A program made the position numbers and the translations under genes. Under the pieces are notes generated by a model. It saw only the letters and a list, made by a program, of their open reading frames with translations. It ran no database searches and was not told where the DNA came from. Shown one piece after another: positions 7,911 through 18,370 of a DNA stretch of 64,000 nt. Source of the DNA: Clostridia bacterium (GTDB taxonomy: Bacteria; Bacillota; Clostridia; Oscillospirales; Acutalibacteraceae). Each line of letters begins with the position of its first letter. The first letter of the stretch is position 1. Where the stretch lies: positions 22,492 through 86,491 of the forward strand of contig JAFQCT010000020.1 of NCBI GenBank assembly GCA_017399405.1, in the 5' to 3' direction.

Positions 7911-9974
7911 ATGGACCAAAAGTATGAAGCATTATTTACACCTTGGAAAATCGGTAATGTTGAGATTAAAAACAGAATAGTTATGTGCCCAATGGGTGGT
8001 ACATCACTTTTTGGCTGGTTTGAACTTGGCGGTTGCCATTTTGACAAGGAAGCAGCAAAGCTCTTTATTGAGCGAGCAAACAACAATGTTGGTCTTATTA
8101 TCCCCGGTATTGCACCACTTCGTGATACATTCTGGGGCAAATGGCTTTGGCAAAATCCAAAAATGTTTGAAGAACTTAAAGAGTTTATGGACGAAATCCA
8201 TAAAACAGGTGCAAAGTTGTTCATTCAGTTGACTGCAGGTATGGGCAGAAGCTGGGCAATTACAGAACTTGTAGCACCACTTCATAGAAACAAATTTACT
8301 CGTGCTCTTGTTAAGCCTATTCTTGATACATCTCACGAATTAGCTTCACCTAGCCCACAACCATCTCGTTGGGCTCCCGATATTATCTGTCCTGAAATGA
8401 CAAAAGAGCAGATTCACGAAATTATTGAAGCATTTGCTAAAACTGCAAAACTCTGCCGTGATGCAGGTGTTGACGGTGTTGAAGTTCACGCAGTTCACGA
8501 AGGTTATCTTCTTGACCAGTTTGCTATTGAATTTTTCAATAAGCGTACTGACGAATACGGCGGAAACTTCGAAAACAGATATCGTTTCGCAGTTGAAGTT
8601 GTTAAGGCTATTAAAGAATCTTGCGGTGACGACTATCCTGTTTCACTTCGTTACTCAGTTGAGTCAAAGATGAAAGGCTTCTGCGAGGGTGCTATGCCTG
8701 GCGAAGATTATACAGAAGTTGGTCGTAATATGGAAGAGTCAGAAAAAGCAGCAAAATACTTGCAGGATGCAGGTTATGATATGCTTAATGCTGACAATGG
8801 TACATATGACTCTTGGTACTGGGCACATCCACCAATGTATATGCCACAGAACTGTAACCTTGATGACGTAGCACATATTAAAAAGTTTGTTGATATTCCT
8901 GTTGTTTGTGCAGGTAGAATGGAACCTGATGTTGGTGCTAAAGCCGTTGCAGATGGCAAAATCGACGGTGTTGGTGTTGCTCGTCAGTTCCTTACTGACC
9001 CTGAATGGATTACAAAGATTATTGAAGACAGAATTGAAGATATCAAACCTTGTATCTGCTGTCACGCAGGTTGCTTCAACTTCTCATCATCAAAGGGACA
9101 CGCAAATACTCAGGACCTTCTTGATACAATGGGACTTTCTCGTTGTGCTCTTAATCCAAAGACAATGCAGTCAAAGAAATACAAAATCGAGCCTGCTAAG
9201 AAACAGAAGAAAATTGCTGTTATCGGTGGCGGTATCGGTGGTATGGAAGCTGCTATGGTTTGTGCAAAGCGTGGCCATAAGGTTGACCTTTATGAAAAGA
9301 GCGACAAACTCGGCGGTGTATTTATTGCTGCTGCAGCTCCATCATACAAAGAAAAAGACCGTGACCTTATTGCTTGGTATAACCGCGAAATTCAGCGTTA
9401 CGAGGCAATCACAATTCATATGAATACAGAAGTTAAAGACCTTGCTTCACTTGGTGCTGACGAAGTAATCGTTGCAACTGGTTCAGTTGCAAATAAGATT
9501 CCTGTAAAGGGTGCTGACAAGGCAATTGAAGCAATCGACTTCCTTTTAGGCAACAAGACAGTTGGTGAAAATGTTGTAGTTGTAGGTGGTGGTCTTACAG
9601 GTTGCGAAATCGCTTATGAACTCTACCTTCAGGGCAAGAAACCTGTAATCGTTGAAATGCAGGATGACCTTGTTACAACTCCTGGCGTTGCTCTTGCTAA
9701 CACAAGTTATCTTCGTGATTTCTTCAAGACAAACAAAGTTCCTGTTTATCTTGAAAGCAGAACAACAGAAATCCGTGATGATGGCGTTACAATCGCAACT
9801 AAAGACGGTAACACAATCGACATTCCTGCTGATACAGTTATTCTTTCAGTCGGTTACAAACCAGCACCAATCGCAGAAAAGAGCAAGAAAGTACATATTA
9901 TCGGTGACGCTAACAAAGTCGGTAATCTTCGTACAGTTATCTGGGGTGCTTGGGATGTTGCAATGAAGTTATAA
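7911..9974 (+). CDS. Old-yellow-enzyme-family FMN/FAD/[4Fe-4S] oxidoreductase (2-enoate reductase / 2,4-dienoyl-CoA reductase-like)
   Basis: The N-terminus is an OYE TIM barrel (RIVMCPMGG, VEVHAVHEGYLLDQF). It has the Cys cluster CICCHAGC. The C-terminus has two Rossmann dinucleotide motifs (VIGGGIGG, VVGGGLTG). Confidence 0.85.
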   Translation: MDQKYEALFTPWKIGNVEIKNRIVMCPMGGTSLFGWFELGGCHFDKEAAKLFIERANNNVGLIIPGIAPLRDTFWGKWLWQNPKMFEELKEFMDEIHKTGAKLFIQLTAGMGRSWAITELVAPLHRNKFTRALVKPILDTSHELASPSPQPSRWAPDIICPEMTKEQIHEIIEAFAKTAKLCRDAGVDGVEVHAVHEGYLLDQFAIEFFNKRTDEYGGNFENRYRFAVEVVKAIKESCGDDYPVSLRYSVESKMKGFCEGAMPGEDYTEVGRNMEESEKAAKYLQDAGYDMLNADNGTYDSWYWAHPPMYMPQNCNLDDVAHIKKFVDIPVVCAGRMEPDVGAKAVADGKIDGVGVARQFLTDPEWITKIIEDRIEDIKPCICCHAGCFNFSSSKGHANTQDLLDTMGLSRCALNPKTMQSKKYKIEPAKKQKKIAVIGGGIGGMEAAMVCAKRGHKVDLYEKSDKLGGVFIAAAAPSYKEKDRDLIAWYNREIQRYEAITIHMNTEVKDLASLGADEVIVATGSVANKIPVKGADKAIEAIDFLLGNKTVGENVVVVGGGLTGCEIAYELYLQGKKPVIVEMQDDLVTTPGVALANTSYLRDFFKTNKVPVYLESRTTEIRDDGVTIATKDGNTIDIPADTVILSVGYKPAPIAEKSKKVHIIGDANKVGNLRTVIWGAWDVAMKL

Positions 9975-9995
9975 TTTCATAAACACATAAATTTA

Positions 9996-10022
9996 GAGGA
10001 GAGTGCAAACTCTCCTTTTTTT
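9996..10022 (+). terminator. Rho-independent terminator
   Basis: AGGAGAG-TGCAAAC-TCTCCT followed by a T-run. Confidence 0.8.
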
Positions 10023-10075
10023 ATTATTTCACCTTAAAATCCAATATGTCATATATTGTAATGGGGGTGAATAAT

Positions 10076-10471
10076 ATGTGTAATTGCAGAAATAATTGTA
10101 CAAGTATCGCAGTTGTAGTAAGTATAATCATAGGTATTATCACTGCTTTTCTTCGTATAACTGGTGTTATAACCGTAACACCTGCATTTTTATGGGTGGT
10201 TTTCGGTATAGCAGTGGTTTATCTTGCAGTAGTTCTTGCAACAACTGCAGTAATAGAAAGAGAATGTACAAATGATTGTGTTTGTCCTACGCTTTCAGTT
10301 TTACTGATAGGTATTCTCGGCACAATACTTTTATCAGTAGTTCTTTTGGCAATAACTTTTGTTACAACAAGTATTGTGGGGGCAATAGTAACTGGTTTGT
10401 TACTTCTTTTCTTCTCTCTTACCATTTCGACAACTGCTTGTCTTGCAAGATGCCTCGCAAAGTGTAACTAA
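10076..10471 (+). CDS. Small Cys-rich multi-pass membrane protein, function unknown
   Basis: ATG at 10076 is preceded by GGGGGTGA. Four predicted hydrophobic helices are bracketed by Cys-rich termini (MCNCRNNC..., ...CLARCLAKCN). Confidence 0.5.
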   Translation: MCNCRNNCTSIAVVVSIIIGIITAFLRITGVITVTPAFLWVVFGIAVVYLAVVLATTAVIERECTNDCVCPTLSVLLIGILGTILLSVVLLAITFVTTSIVGAIVTGLLLLFFSLTISTTACLARCLAKCN

Positions 10472-10568
10472 ATAATAACGAAAACGGTTTGGATTTAATT
10501 CTAAGCCGTTTTTGTTGTATAAATGTAAAAAGTGTTGTATAATACTTAAAAATCTTTGGAGGTGCTTT

Positions 10569-12224
10569 ATGAAAGTTTTAATTTGTTGCTTAAATTCAAA
10601 ATATATTCATGCTTCATTAGCACCTTGGTGTCTCTTATCGGGTGTAAAAGCATTTGCGAAGAATGATTATGATATTAAAGTACTTGAAAGTACTATAAAT
10701 GGTAATCTTCACGATTTTGCAAAGAAAATAATCCTTGAAAAACCTCAAGCGGTTTCTTTTTCTTGTTATATATGGAACATCACACAAACCCTTGAAATCT
10801 GCAAAGAAATTAAAGAAAAACTTAATTGCAAAATCATTCTTGGTGGCCCTGAAGTTGCATACAGACCAAAAGATGTTTTAGAAAAATATGATTTTATAGA
10901 TTTTGTGTTGTCAGGGGAGGGTGAGTGGAATTTTCCTCTTTTACTTGATAATATAAATGGCGATTTGAATACCGTTGACGGACTTACATATCGCAAAAAG
11001 AATGAGATTATTACAATTTCCGAAAAAGAATACACGGACACCCCGCCATCGCCTTATAGTGAGGATTTTTACAACAACTTAAAGGGTAGAATTGCTTATA
11101 TTGAAACAAGTAGAGGTTGTCCTTACCGTTGTGCTTTCTGTCTTTCGGGCAGATGCTCAAAACTACGCTTTTTTGATATGACCCAAGTTAAAAAAGATAT
11201 AATAAACCTTGCAAATAGTGGTACACAAACACTTAAATTTGTTGACCGCACATTTAATGCAAACTCAAAAAGAGCAAACGAGATTTTAACATTTATTAAA
11301 GATAATTATGGTACAAAAATTCCCGAAAATATATGTTTTCACTTTGAAATAGCGGGGGATATACTCACAAATGATACCCTTGAAATACTTTCACAAATGC
11401 CTATGGGTGCTGTGCAACTTGAAATTGGTATGCAGTCTTTTAATGAAGACACACTCAAAGTAATCAACCGTAAAACCAATACAGAAAAACTTATTAAAAA
11501 TATAAAAAGACTACTGGAAATGGGTAATATGCACATTCATATTGACCTTATTGCAGGTCTTACGGGTGAAGATTTAGAAAGTTTCAAAAACAGTTTTAAT
11601 ATTGGCTATTCACTTAAAGCACATATGTTGCAAATGGGATTTCTTAAACTCCTTTATGGTGCTGATATGCGAGAAAATCCACAAGATTTTCCTTGCGAAT
11701 ACACGGAAAATCCACCTTATGAGGTAATTTCAACCCCTTGGATTTCTGCCCAAGAAATGAGAATGCTTAAAAACTGTGAAGACGCAGTTGACCGTCTTTA
11801 TAATAGTGGCAGATTTTTGTTTACTCTTAATTACTTAATAGACGAAATGGGTATTTCACCATTTGACTTGTTTAATGACTTTGGAAATAGCGTTGATGGT
11901 ACAAATATGAAGCTTTCCGACTACGCTGTAAAAGTGTATGAATACTTCAAAAATAGGTGTGATGAGCAGATTTTACGGGAGAAAATCCTTTGCGATTTGC
12001 TTTCTTGCTCGTCATCTGTGCAAATTCCCGAAATATTCAAAATCCGTGACCCTTTATATAAAAAAGTAAAGAAACATTTTATAGAAAATGTTAATCAAAA
12101 TATGAAAATCGCAATCCTTTACAGTACAAACGAAGTATTTGCAGTAAATCAAAGTGGCAAAAAAGACTTTCACGGTAGATATAAGGGCGAATTTTATAAA
12201 AATTCCTTTATTTCAATGGAATAA
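10569..12224 (+). CDS. B12-binding-domain radical SAM protein
   Basis: ATG at 10569 is preceded by GGAGGTG. The N-terminal MKVLICCLNSKYIH is typical of the cobalamin-binding-like domain. The radical SAM motif is CPYRCAFC. Confidence 0.8.
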   Translation: MKVLICCLNSKYIHASLAPWCLLSGVKAFAKNDYDIKVLESTINGNLHDFAKKIILEKPQAVSFSCYIWNITQTLEICKEIKEKLNCKIILGGPEVAYRPKDVLEKYDFIDFVLSGEGEWNFPLLLDNINGDLNTVDGLTYRKKNEIITISEKEYTDTPPSPYSEDFYNNLKGRIAYIETSRGCPYRCAFCLSGRCSKLRFFDMTQVKKDIINLANSGTQTLKFVDRTFNANSKRANEILTFIKDNYGTKIPENICFHFEIAGDILTNDTLEILSQMPMGAVQLEIGMQSFNEDTLKVINRKTNTEKLIKNIKRLLEMGNMHIHIDLIAGLTGEDLESFKNSFNIGYSLKAHMLQMGFLKLLYGADMRENPQDFPCEYTENPPYEVISTPWISAQEMRMLKNCEDAVDRLYNSGRFLFTLNYLIDEMGISPFDLFNDFGNSVDGTNMKLSDYAVKVYEYFKNRCDEQILREKILCDLLSCSSSVQIPEIFKIRDPLYKKVKKHFIENVNQNMKIAILYSTNEVFAVNQSGKKDFHGRYKGEFYKNSFISME

Positions 12225-12264
12225 TATGGTATAATATTTTCATTATTTTTTAGGAGATGTAAAT

Positions 12265-13587
12265 ATGGGCGACAATCGTGCTATTGTGTACGCTGAAAGA
12301 CTTTCAAAAATGATTCAGGTTGAAACAATTTCAGTACGCGGACAAACAGATATTTCTAAATTCTTAAAACTTCACGAACTTATGAAAGAGGAGTTTTCAG
12401 CACTTTTTAGCGTTGTTGAATGTGAAGTAATCAACGGTAGCCTTTTGCTTAAATGGAAAGGGACAGACGATAGTTTAGAACCTGTACTTTTAATGAATCA
12501 CCACGATGTTGTTGAGGCAAGTGGTGAGTGGAAATACCCTGCATTTTCAGGTGCGATAGCAGAAGACAGAGTTTGGGGCAGAGGTACACTTGATACTAAA
12601 GGTGGACTTTGCACAATGCTTACAGCAGCTGACGAATTGGCTCGTGAGGGCTTTACTCCTCGTCGTGATACATATTTTGTTTCAACTTGCACAGAAGAAA
12701 CAGGTGGCGAGGGTGGTAACGCTATCTCAAATCTCCTTAAAGAACGCGGAATCCACTTCTATATGGTACTTGATGAGGGCGGTATGATTCTTTATGACCC
12801 AATCGGTGGTGCTGACGGTACTTTTGCTATGATTGGTGTTGGCGAAAAAGGTTATGTTGACCTTAAATTTGTTGCAAAATCAAATGGTGGTCACGCATCT
12901 GCACCGGGCAAGAATACTCCTATTGCTCGTCTTGCACAGTTTATCTGTGAAGCAGAAAAAGCACAGATTTTTGATATTCAGATGTCAGATACAGTTAAAG
13001 AAATGCTTTCTCGTTTTGCACCTACAATGAAAGGCGTTATGAAAACTGCTTGTGGTAATGTTAAAGCATTCAAGCCTGTACTCGAAAAGGTTATGCCAAT
13101 GATTTCACCATCTGCAGCAGCACTTCTTCGCACTACTCTTGCTTTTACTCAAAGCAAGGGTTCAGACGGTTCAAATGTTATTCCGCAAGAAGCTTATGTG
13201 GTTGGCAATATGCGTTATTCTCACCATCAGGGTAGAGATGCAAGTGTAAACGCAGTTACAGAACTTGCAAAGAAATATGATATTGAAACAATCGTTCTTG
13301 ATGATGGCAGTGAGTCAAAAATTACTGACTTTAACGGTGAACAGTTCAAGTTCCTTGAAAAAGCAGTTAATACTGTATTCCCACAGTATAAACCTGTTCC
13401 ATATATTATGAACGGTGCAAGTGACTCAAGATACTTTAATCGTGTTTGCGAAAACTGTTTAAGATTTGTTCCGTTTAACATTGATAATCAGCAGTATGGT
13501 AGCGTTCACGGTATTGATGAAAATGTATTTATTAAGTGCTTACCTGAAGCAGTTGATTTTTACAGATATGTAATTAAAGAGGTATAA
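12265..13587 (+). CDS. M20/M25/M40 family metallopeptidase
   Basis: Motifs NHHDVV, GRGTLDTKGG, CTEETGGEGG and LDEGG are present. Confidence 0.8.
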   Translation: MGDNRAIVYAERLSKMIQVETISVRGQTDISKFLKLHELMKEEFSALFSVVECEVINGSLLLKWKGTDDSLEPVLLMNHHDVVEASGEWKYPAFSGAIAEDRVWGRGTLDTKGGLCTMLTAADELAREGFTPRRDTYFVSTCTEETGGEGGNAISNLLKERGIHFYMVLDEGGMILYDPIGGADGTFAMIGVGEKGYVDLKFVAKSNGGHASAPGKNTPIARLAQFICEAEKAQIFDIQMSDTVKEMLSRFAPTMKGVMKTACGNVKAFKPVLEKVMPMISPSAAALLRTTLAFTQSKGSDGSNVIPQEAYVVGNMRYSHHQGRDASVNAVTELAKKYDIETIVLDDGSESKITDFNGEQFKFLEKAVNTVFPQYKPVPYIMNGASDSRYFNRVCENCLRFVPFNIDNQQYGSVHGIDENVFIKCLPEAVDFYRYVIKEV

Positions 13588-13588
13588 A

Positions 13589-14995
13589 ATGAACGAAAAA
13601 TCCGAAAAAAACGGACTTGGTATAAGTGCCAAATCCTTTATAGGTGCAATAGTTATAATATTTATACTTATGTGCCTTACCTTTGCACTCACTTTTATTA
13701 TTCCCGGTGGCGAATATGCAAGAGTAACTGACAGTAATGGTGTAGAAACAATAGTAACTGACAGTTTTCAGTATGTTGAGGGCGGTCTGCCTTTTTGGAA
13801 ATGGCTACTTTCACCTTTTTTAGTACTGGGTGCTGACGGTGGCGGTGCTATAATTGCAGTTATAATATTTCTTATAGTCATTGGCGGTATTTTCACTACT
13901 CTTGATAAAAGCGGACTTATGCATTATATGCTTAAAAAGATTGTTCATAAGTTTGGCAATAAGCGTTACACATTATTGTCACTTATTGTACTTTTCTTTA
14001 TGGCTATGGGTAGTTTTATAGGCTCCTTTGAAGAGTGTGTACCATTAGTGCCTATTGTTGTAGGACTTTCAGTAGCATTAGGCTTTGACGAACTTACAGG
14101 TTTAGGGATTTCAATACTCGCAGCAGGTTGCGGATTTGCAGCAGGTGTGTGTAATCCATTTACCGTAGGTGTAGCGCAAGAACTTGCAGGGCTTCCAATG
14201 TTTTCAGGAATGTGGTTGCGTCTAATTTCTTTTGTGGTTATTTATGCAGTTCTCTTATTCTTTATAAAGCGTTACGCAAAGAAAATTGAAAAGCCGATAG
14301 GCAACATAAATGCACAGTCCGATTTCCAAGAAGACCCTAAAATGAATAAAGCACTTATACTTTTTGTAAGTATTTTAGGTGCAGGAATTTTAATAGTATT
14401 AAGTTCTGTTTTCTTAACATTTTTACAGGACTACACAATGATTATAGTAGCTCTTATGTTCCTTGTTGCAGGTATTGTTTCAATAGTCGTAACGGGTATG
14501 AGTGGTAAAGAAATCCTTAAAAACTTCGCAAATGGTATTGTTACAATTCTTCCTGCGGTGTTTATGATTTTAATGGCAAGTTCAATTAAATATACATTAA
14601 CTGAGGGCAAAGTGCTTGATACAATCCTTAACGCAGCAGTGGGAATAGCAAATGAGTTGCCACAAGGTGCAGTTATTTTATTCGTGTATTTAATAGTGCT
14701 TGTAATGAATTTCTTTATAAGTTCAGGCTCGGCAAAAGCATTTTTGCTTATGCCACTTATAGTTCCTATTTGTCAAGTGTTCAACATTTCGTCACAACTT
14801 TCAGTTATGGCATTTGCCTTTGGTGACGGATTTTCAAATGTGCTTTACCCAACAAACCCTGTGCTTCTTATAAGCCTTGGTGTAGCAGGGGTAAGTTACA
14901 CAAAATGGTTTAAGTGGTCAGGCAAAATCCAACTTGCAATTCTTGTAGTTACAAGTGCACTACTCCTTTTTGGGTTAAGTATTGGTTATAATTAA
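13589..14995 (+). CDS. YfcC / DcuC-like anaerobic carrier family membrane transporter
   Basis: About 12 TM segments in 468 aa, tightly coupled to the M20 peptidase gene. The family call comes from overall sequence resemblance only. Confidence 0.6.
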   Translation: MNEKSEKNGLGISAKSFIGAIVIIFILMCLTFALTFIIPGGEYARVTDSNGVETIVTDSFQYVEGGLPFWKWLLSPFLVLGADGGGAIIAVIIFLIVIGGIFTTLDKSGLMHYMLKKIVHKFGNKRYTLLSLIVLFFMAMGSFIGSFEECVPLVPIVVGLSVALGFDELTGLGISILAAGCGFAAGVCNPFTVGVAQELAGLPMFSGMWLRLISFVVIYAVLLFFIKRYAKKIEKPIGNINAQSDFQEDPKMNKALILFVSILGAGILIVLSSVFLTFLQDYTMIIVALMFLVAGIVSIVVTGMSGKEILKNFANGIVTILPAVFMILMASSIKYTLTEGKVLDTILNAAVGIANELPQGAVILFVYLIVLVMNFFISSGSAKAFLLMPLIVPICQVFNISSQLSVMAFAFGDGFSNVLYPTNPVLLISLGVAGVSYTKWFKWSGKIQLAILVVTSALLLFGLSIGYN

Positions 14996-15004
14996 ATAAT
15001 TTAT

Positions 15005-15032
15005 AAGGGTGATTTTTCACCCTTATTTTTTT
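15005..15032 (+). terminator. Rho-independent terminator
   Basis: AAGGGTG-ATTTTT-CACCCTT followed by a T-run. Confidence 0.8.
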
Positions 15033-15130
15033 GGATTTTTTATTGTATTTGTTATTCAAAAATGTTATTCTATACCTATAAAACACCATATTAAACAAAA
15101 AAATATTGTAACAGTTGTTGGGGATTTTTT

Positions 15131-16888
15131 ATGAAAAATGTTACACTTTTAGATTCTTACGAGCAAAACGCTTTTAACCTTGAAAAAAAGTACCTTAAAT
15201 CACTCGAATCCGATAAACTCTTAAAAGGATTTTGCGAAATTGCAGGGATAGAACTTAATGCCGAAAAATACGGTGGTTGGGAAACCTCTGCAATTCAAGG
15301 GCATACTTTAGGGCATTATTTAACTGCTGTTGCTCAAGCCTATGCCTCATCAAGTGATGAAGATTTTAAGAAAATCACAGATTATATGATATCTGTCCTT
15401 GCAAAGTGTCAGGCAGAAAACGGTTATCTTGCAGCAATCCCTGAAAGTCATTATACTCAACTTGAAACGGGCGATACAAAAGGCACTTGGGTGCCTTGGT
15501 ATTCAATGCACAAAATCCTTGCGGGACTTGTAAGTGTATATGAATTCACCGAAAACAAACAAGCATTAGAAGTTGCATCAAAATTAGGGGATTGGGTTTA
15601 TAGTCACACTTCAAAGTGGACTGCAGAAACACAAAAAACCGTACTCAATATTGAATACGGTGGAATGAATGACGCACTTTATGACCTTTATAAATATACA
15701 AAGAGTGAAAATCACTTGTCAGCGGCTCATAGTTTTGATGAAATGACACTTTTCGAGCCGCTTTATAATGGTGAGGATATTCTTAACGGAAAACACGCAA
15801 ATACTACAATTCCTAAAATCAAAGGTGCTCTTAACCGTTATTTAGTGACGGGTGAAGATTATTATTTGCAGGTTGCCAAGAATTTTTGGGATATTGTAAT
15901 CAATAATCATACTTATATTACAGGTGGTAACAGCGAATGGGAACATTTTGGTGAGCCGAAAATCCTTGACGGTGAGCGTACAAACTGTAACTGCGAAACT
16001 TGTAATACATACAATATGTTAAAACTTACCCGTGATTTGTTTAAGATTACAGGTGACACGAAATATACCGATTATTATGAAAACACTTTTATAAATGCAA
16101 TACTCTCGTCGCAAAATCCCGAAACGGGAATGACAACATATTTTCAGCCTATGGCAACGGGATATTTTAAGGTTTACAGTTCACCGTACGACCATTTTTG
16201 GTGTTGTACCGGTTCGGGTATGGAGAATTTTTCAAAACTTTCAGATAGTATTTATTCCCATAATTCCACAAGCCTTTATGTAAACCGATTTACTTCTTCA
16301 ACTGTAACTTGGGAAGAAAAAGGACTAAAAATCACGCAAAATGCTGATTTACCAACTGTTAAATTTACTATAAACGGCTCTGCAACGGCTCAAATTGTGC
16401 TTCGTGTTCCTGATTGGACAAATAACCCAACAGTTAAAATGAACGGTGAAGAAATTAAAATAAAGGTCAAAAACGGACTTGTTATTCTTGACCGTGAATG
16501 GCAAAATGGTGACACAATCGAATATAATTTGCCAATGAAAATAACAGTACACCCGTTACACGATAATAAAAACGCAGTTGCATTCAAATATGGACCTTGG
16601 GTGTTAAGTGCCGATATGGGTACAAATAAAATGGAAACAGGTGTGACAGGTGTAAATGTTACAACACCAATGGAAGATGAAACAATTTCAGATGTGCTTG
16701 TAATCGAAAATGATTCAATTGAAAATTGGGTTAAAAATATTAACGAAAATCTTGTACAAGAGGATAATATATTAAAATTCACCCTTAAAGGCACAAACCA
16801 AAAACTAACATTTTTACCACATTATAAGCAACACACAAACCGTTATGGAATATATTTTCATCTTGAAGAAAAGGGGAGTGCAAAATGA
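15131..16888 (+). CDS. Glycoside hydrolase family 127 (beta-L-arabinofuranosidase-like, DUF1680)
   Basis: Family-typical blocks are present: GHTLGHYL, ITGGNSEWEHFG, CETCNTYNMLKL and FWCCTGSGMENF (Cys-rich Zn/catalytic site). Confidence 0.8.
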   Translation: MKNVTLLDSYEQNAFNLEKKYLKSLESDKLLKGFCEIAGIELNAEKYGGWETSAIQGHTLGHYLTAVAQAYASSSDEDFKKITDYMISVLAKCQAENGYLAAIPESHYTQLETGDTKGTWVPWYSMHKILAGLVSVYEFTENKQALEVASKLGDWVYSHTSKWTAETQKTVLNIEYGGMNDALYDLYKYTKSENHLSAAHSFDEMTLFEPLYNGEDILNGKHANTTIPKIKGALNRYLVTGEDYYLQVAKNFWDIVINNHTYITGGNSEWEHFGEPKILDGERTNCNCETCNTYNMLKLTRDLFKITGDTKYTDYYENTFINAILSSQNPETGMTTYFQPMATGYFKVYSSPYDHFWCCTGSGMENFSKLSDSIYSHNSTSLYVNRFTSSTVTWEEKGLKITQNADLPTVKFTINGSATAQIVLRVPDWTNNPTVKMNGEEIKIKVKNGLVILDREWQNGDTIEYNLPMKITVHPLHDNKNAVAFKYGPWVLSADMGTNKMETGVTGVNVTTPMEDETISDVLVIENDSIENWVKNINENLVQEDNILKFTLKGTNQKLTFLPHYKQHTNRYGIYFHLEEKGSAK

Positions 16889-18279
16889 AAACAACTGAAA
16901 AAATCACAGCAAAAGAAAATCGTGAGATTTCAAGACTTAAAAAAATGCAAAACCGCAATAGCAGTAGCAAATATTTTTTAATCTTGTTAATGCTTATTGC
17001 AATCGTCAACATTCTGGACGAAGTTACAAGCAACTTGACCGTTACGGTGCAATCTTCATTTGTTACAGAGTTTTTTGTAAACAACCCGTTTATGGGTAAG
17101 TTTTATACTTATGAAGACGGACTTGCACTTCATTCAAGCGTTGGTGTATTTACCTATGTTTTAGGACTTTTCACACCATTCTATAAAGCCCTTGCAGATA
17201 AGTGGGGACGCAAACCGCTTTTTGCAATTTCAACACTTGGTATGGCAATAGGACTTTTAGTAATTCACTTGTCGTCAAGTTACATAATGTTCCTTGTGGG
17301 CTTTGCAATTATCAGTTTCTTTATGGGGCACGATATCCAGATTATTTATGTGCTTGAAGAAGCACCCGACCGTCACCGTGCAAAGATTTACAGTTTTCTT
17401 AAAAGTTTTGGTATTTTAGGTGTTATTTTAATCCCTGCACTTCGCGATGCTTTAATGGGTGATGACGCTACAAAATGGCGAGATATTTTCTTAGTACCGT
17501 CTTTAATCGGCTTTGTTGCAGTGGCATTAGTACTTCTTCTTGCAAAAGATACAAAAGTGTTTATAAACGAAAGAATTGCATATCTTTCTCGTCCTTATGA
17601 AGAACGCGAAAAAGAAAAAGCACTTAAAAAGCAACAAAAAGAAGCACAACGAAATCAGTCAGGTGTGTTTAACGGTGTTAAGTATATCTTCGCAAATAAA
17701 GATACAAAAATGCTTATTATCTCACATATTATTTTTGATACCGCAATGCCTGCAATCGCACTTTATTTTGAATCTTCAATGCACCGTGCAGGAATGAGCA
17801 CAAGTGAAATTACAAAAGCACTTTTTATGGTACCTGTAATTTACGCCACAATCACATTCCTTTCAGGCTTTATTGCAGATAAGTTTGGCAGAAAAGCAAC
17901 TGTTACAGGATTTTCAATTACTTGCGTTGTAGGATATATTCTTTTCGTAGTTGGTATTCTTAACGGTTGGGAACCATATTTAATTGGCTCTTTTGCAGGA
18001 CTTTACCAAGGTTCATATTGGATTGGTCGCGATTATATGAATGTTATGATGACCGAAAAAGTGCCGACAGATATTCGGGCATCAGTTGTTGGTGCTGAAG
18101 GACTTTTAGTAATTATCGGCCTTGTAGTTGGTTATGCACTTGCAATTGTGGGAATGCTCTTTATGGATATTTGGTGGGCTTGTCTTGCTATTGCAATTCC
18201 AACAGTATCAATCGCAGCAATAATGTTTACCCTTAAAGTCAAAGAAACAAAAGGTGCAAATTTAGATGAAATAAAATAA
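16885..18279 (+). CDS. MFS transporter
   Basis: 12-TM architecture with a central charged loop and the motif ADKWGRKP. The start overlaps the GH127 stop (ATGA). Confidence 0.75.
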   Translation: MKTTEKITAKENREISRLKKMQNRNSSSKYFLILLMLIAIVNILDEVTSNLTVTVQSSFVTEFFVNNPFMGKFYTYEDGLALHSSVGVFTYVLGLFTPFYKALADKWGRKPLFAISTLGMAIGLLVIHLSSSYIMFLVGFAIISFFMGHDIQIIYVLEEAPDRHRAKIYSFLKSFGILGVILIPALRDALMGDDATKWRDIFLVPSLIGFVAVALVLLLAKDTKVFINERIAYLSRPYEEREKEKALKKQQKEAQRNQSGVFNGVKYIFANKDTKMLIISHIIFDTAMPAIALYFESSMHRAGMSTSEITKALFMVPVIYATITFLSGFIADKFGRKATVTGFSITCVVGYILFVVGILNGWEPYLIGSFAGLYQGSYWIGRDYMNVMMTEKVPTDIRASVVGAEGLLVIIGLVVGYALAIVGMLFMDIWWACLAIAIPTVSIAAIMFTLKVKETKGANLDEIK

Positions 18280-18285
18280 AAAATA

Positions 18286-18309
18286 GGGGATGATGCTCGC
18301 ATCATCCCC
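18286..18309 (+). terminator. Terminator hairpin after the MFS gene
   Basis: GGGGATGATG-CTCG-CATCATCCCC. The T-run is weak. Confidence 0.55.
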
Positions 18310-18311
18310 TT

Positions 18312-18343
18312 AATTCTGCACTTTGCACTCTGCATTCTGCATT
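18312..18343. repeat. TGCA heptad repeat (AATTC + 4 x TGCAYTY), copy 1
   Basis: The sequence is AATTCTGCACTTTGCACTCTGCATTCTGCATT. A near-identical block lies at 43062-43093. Both are fused to an A-run + hairpin + T-run. Confidence 0.7.
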
Positions 18344-18370
18344 AAAAAACTCCCTTTCGGGAGTTTTTTT
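18344..18370 (-). terminator. Rho-independent terminator of nanA (bidirectional shape)
   Basis: AAAAAACTCCC-TTTC-GGGAGTTTTTTT lies directly after the nanA stop. Confidence 0.8.
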
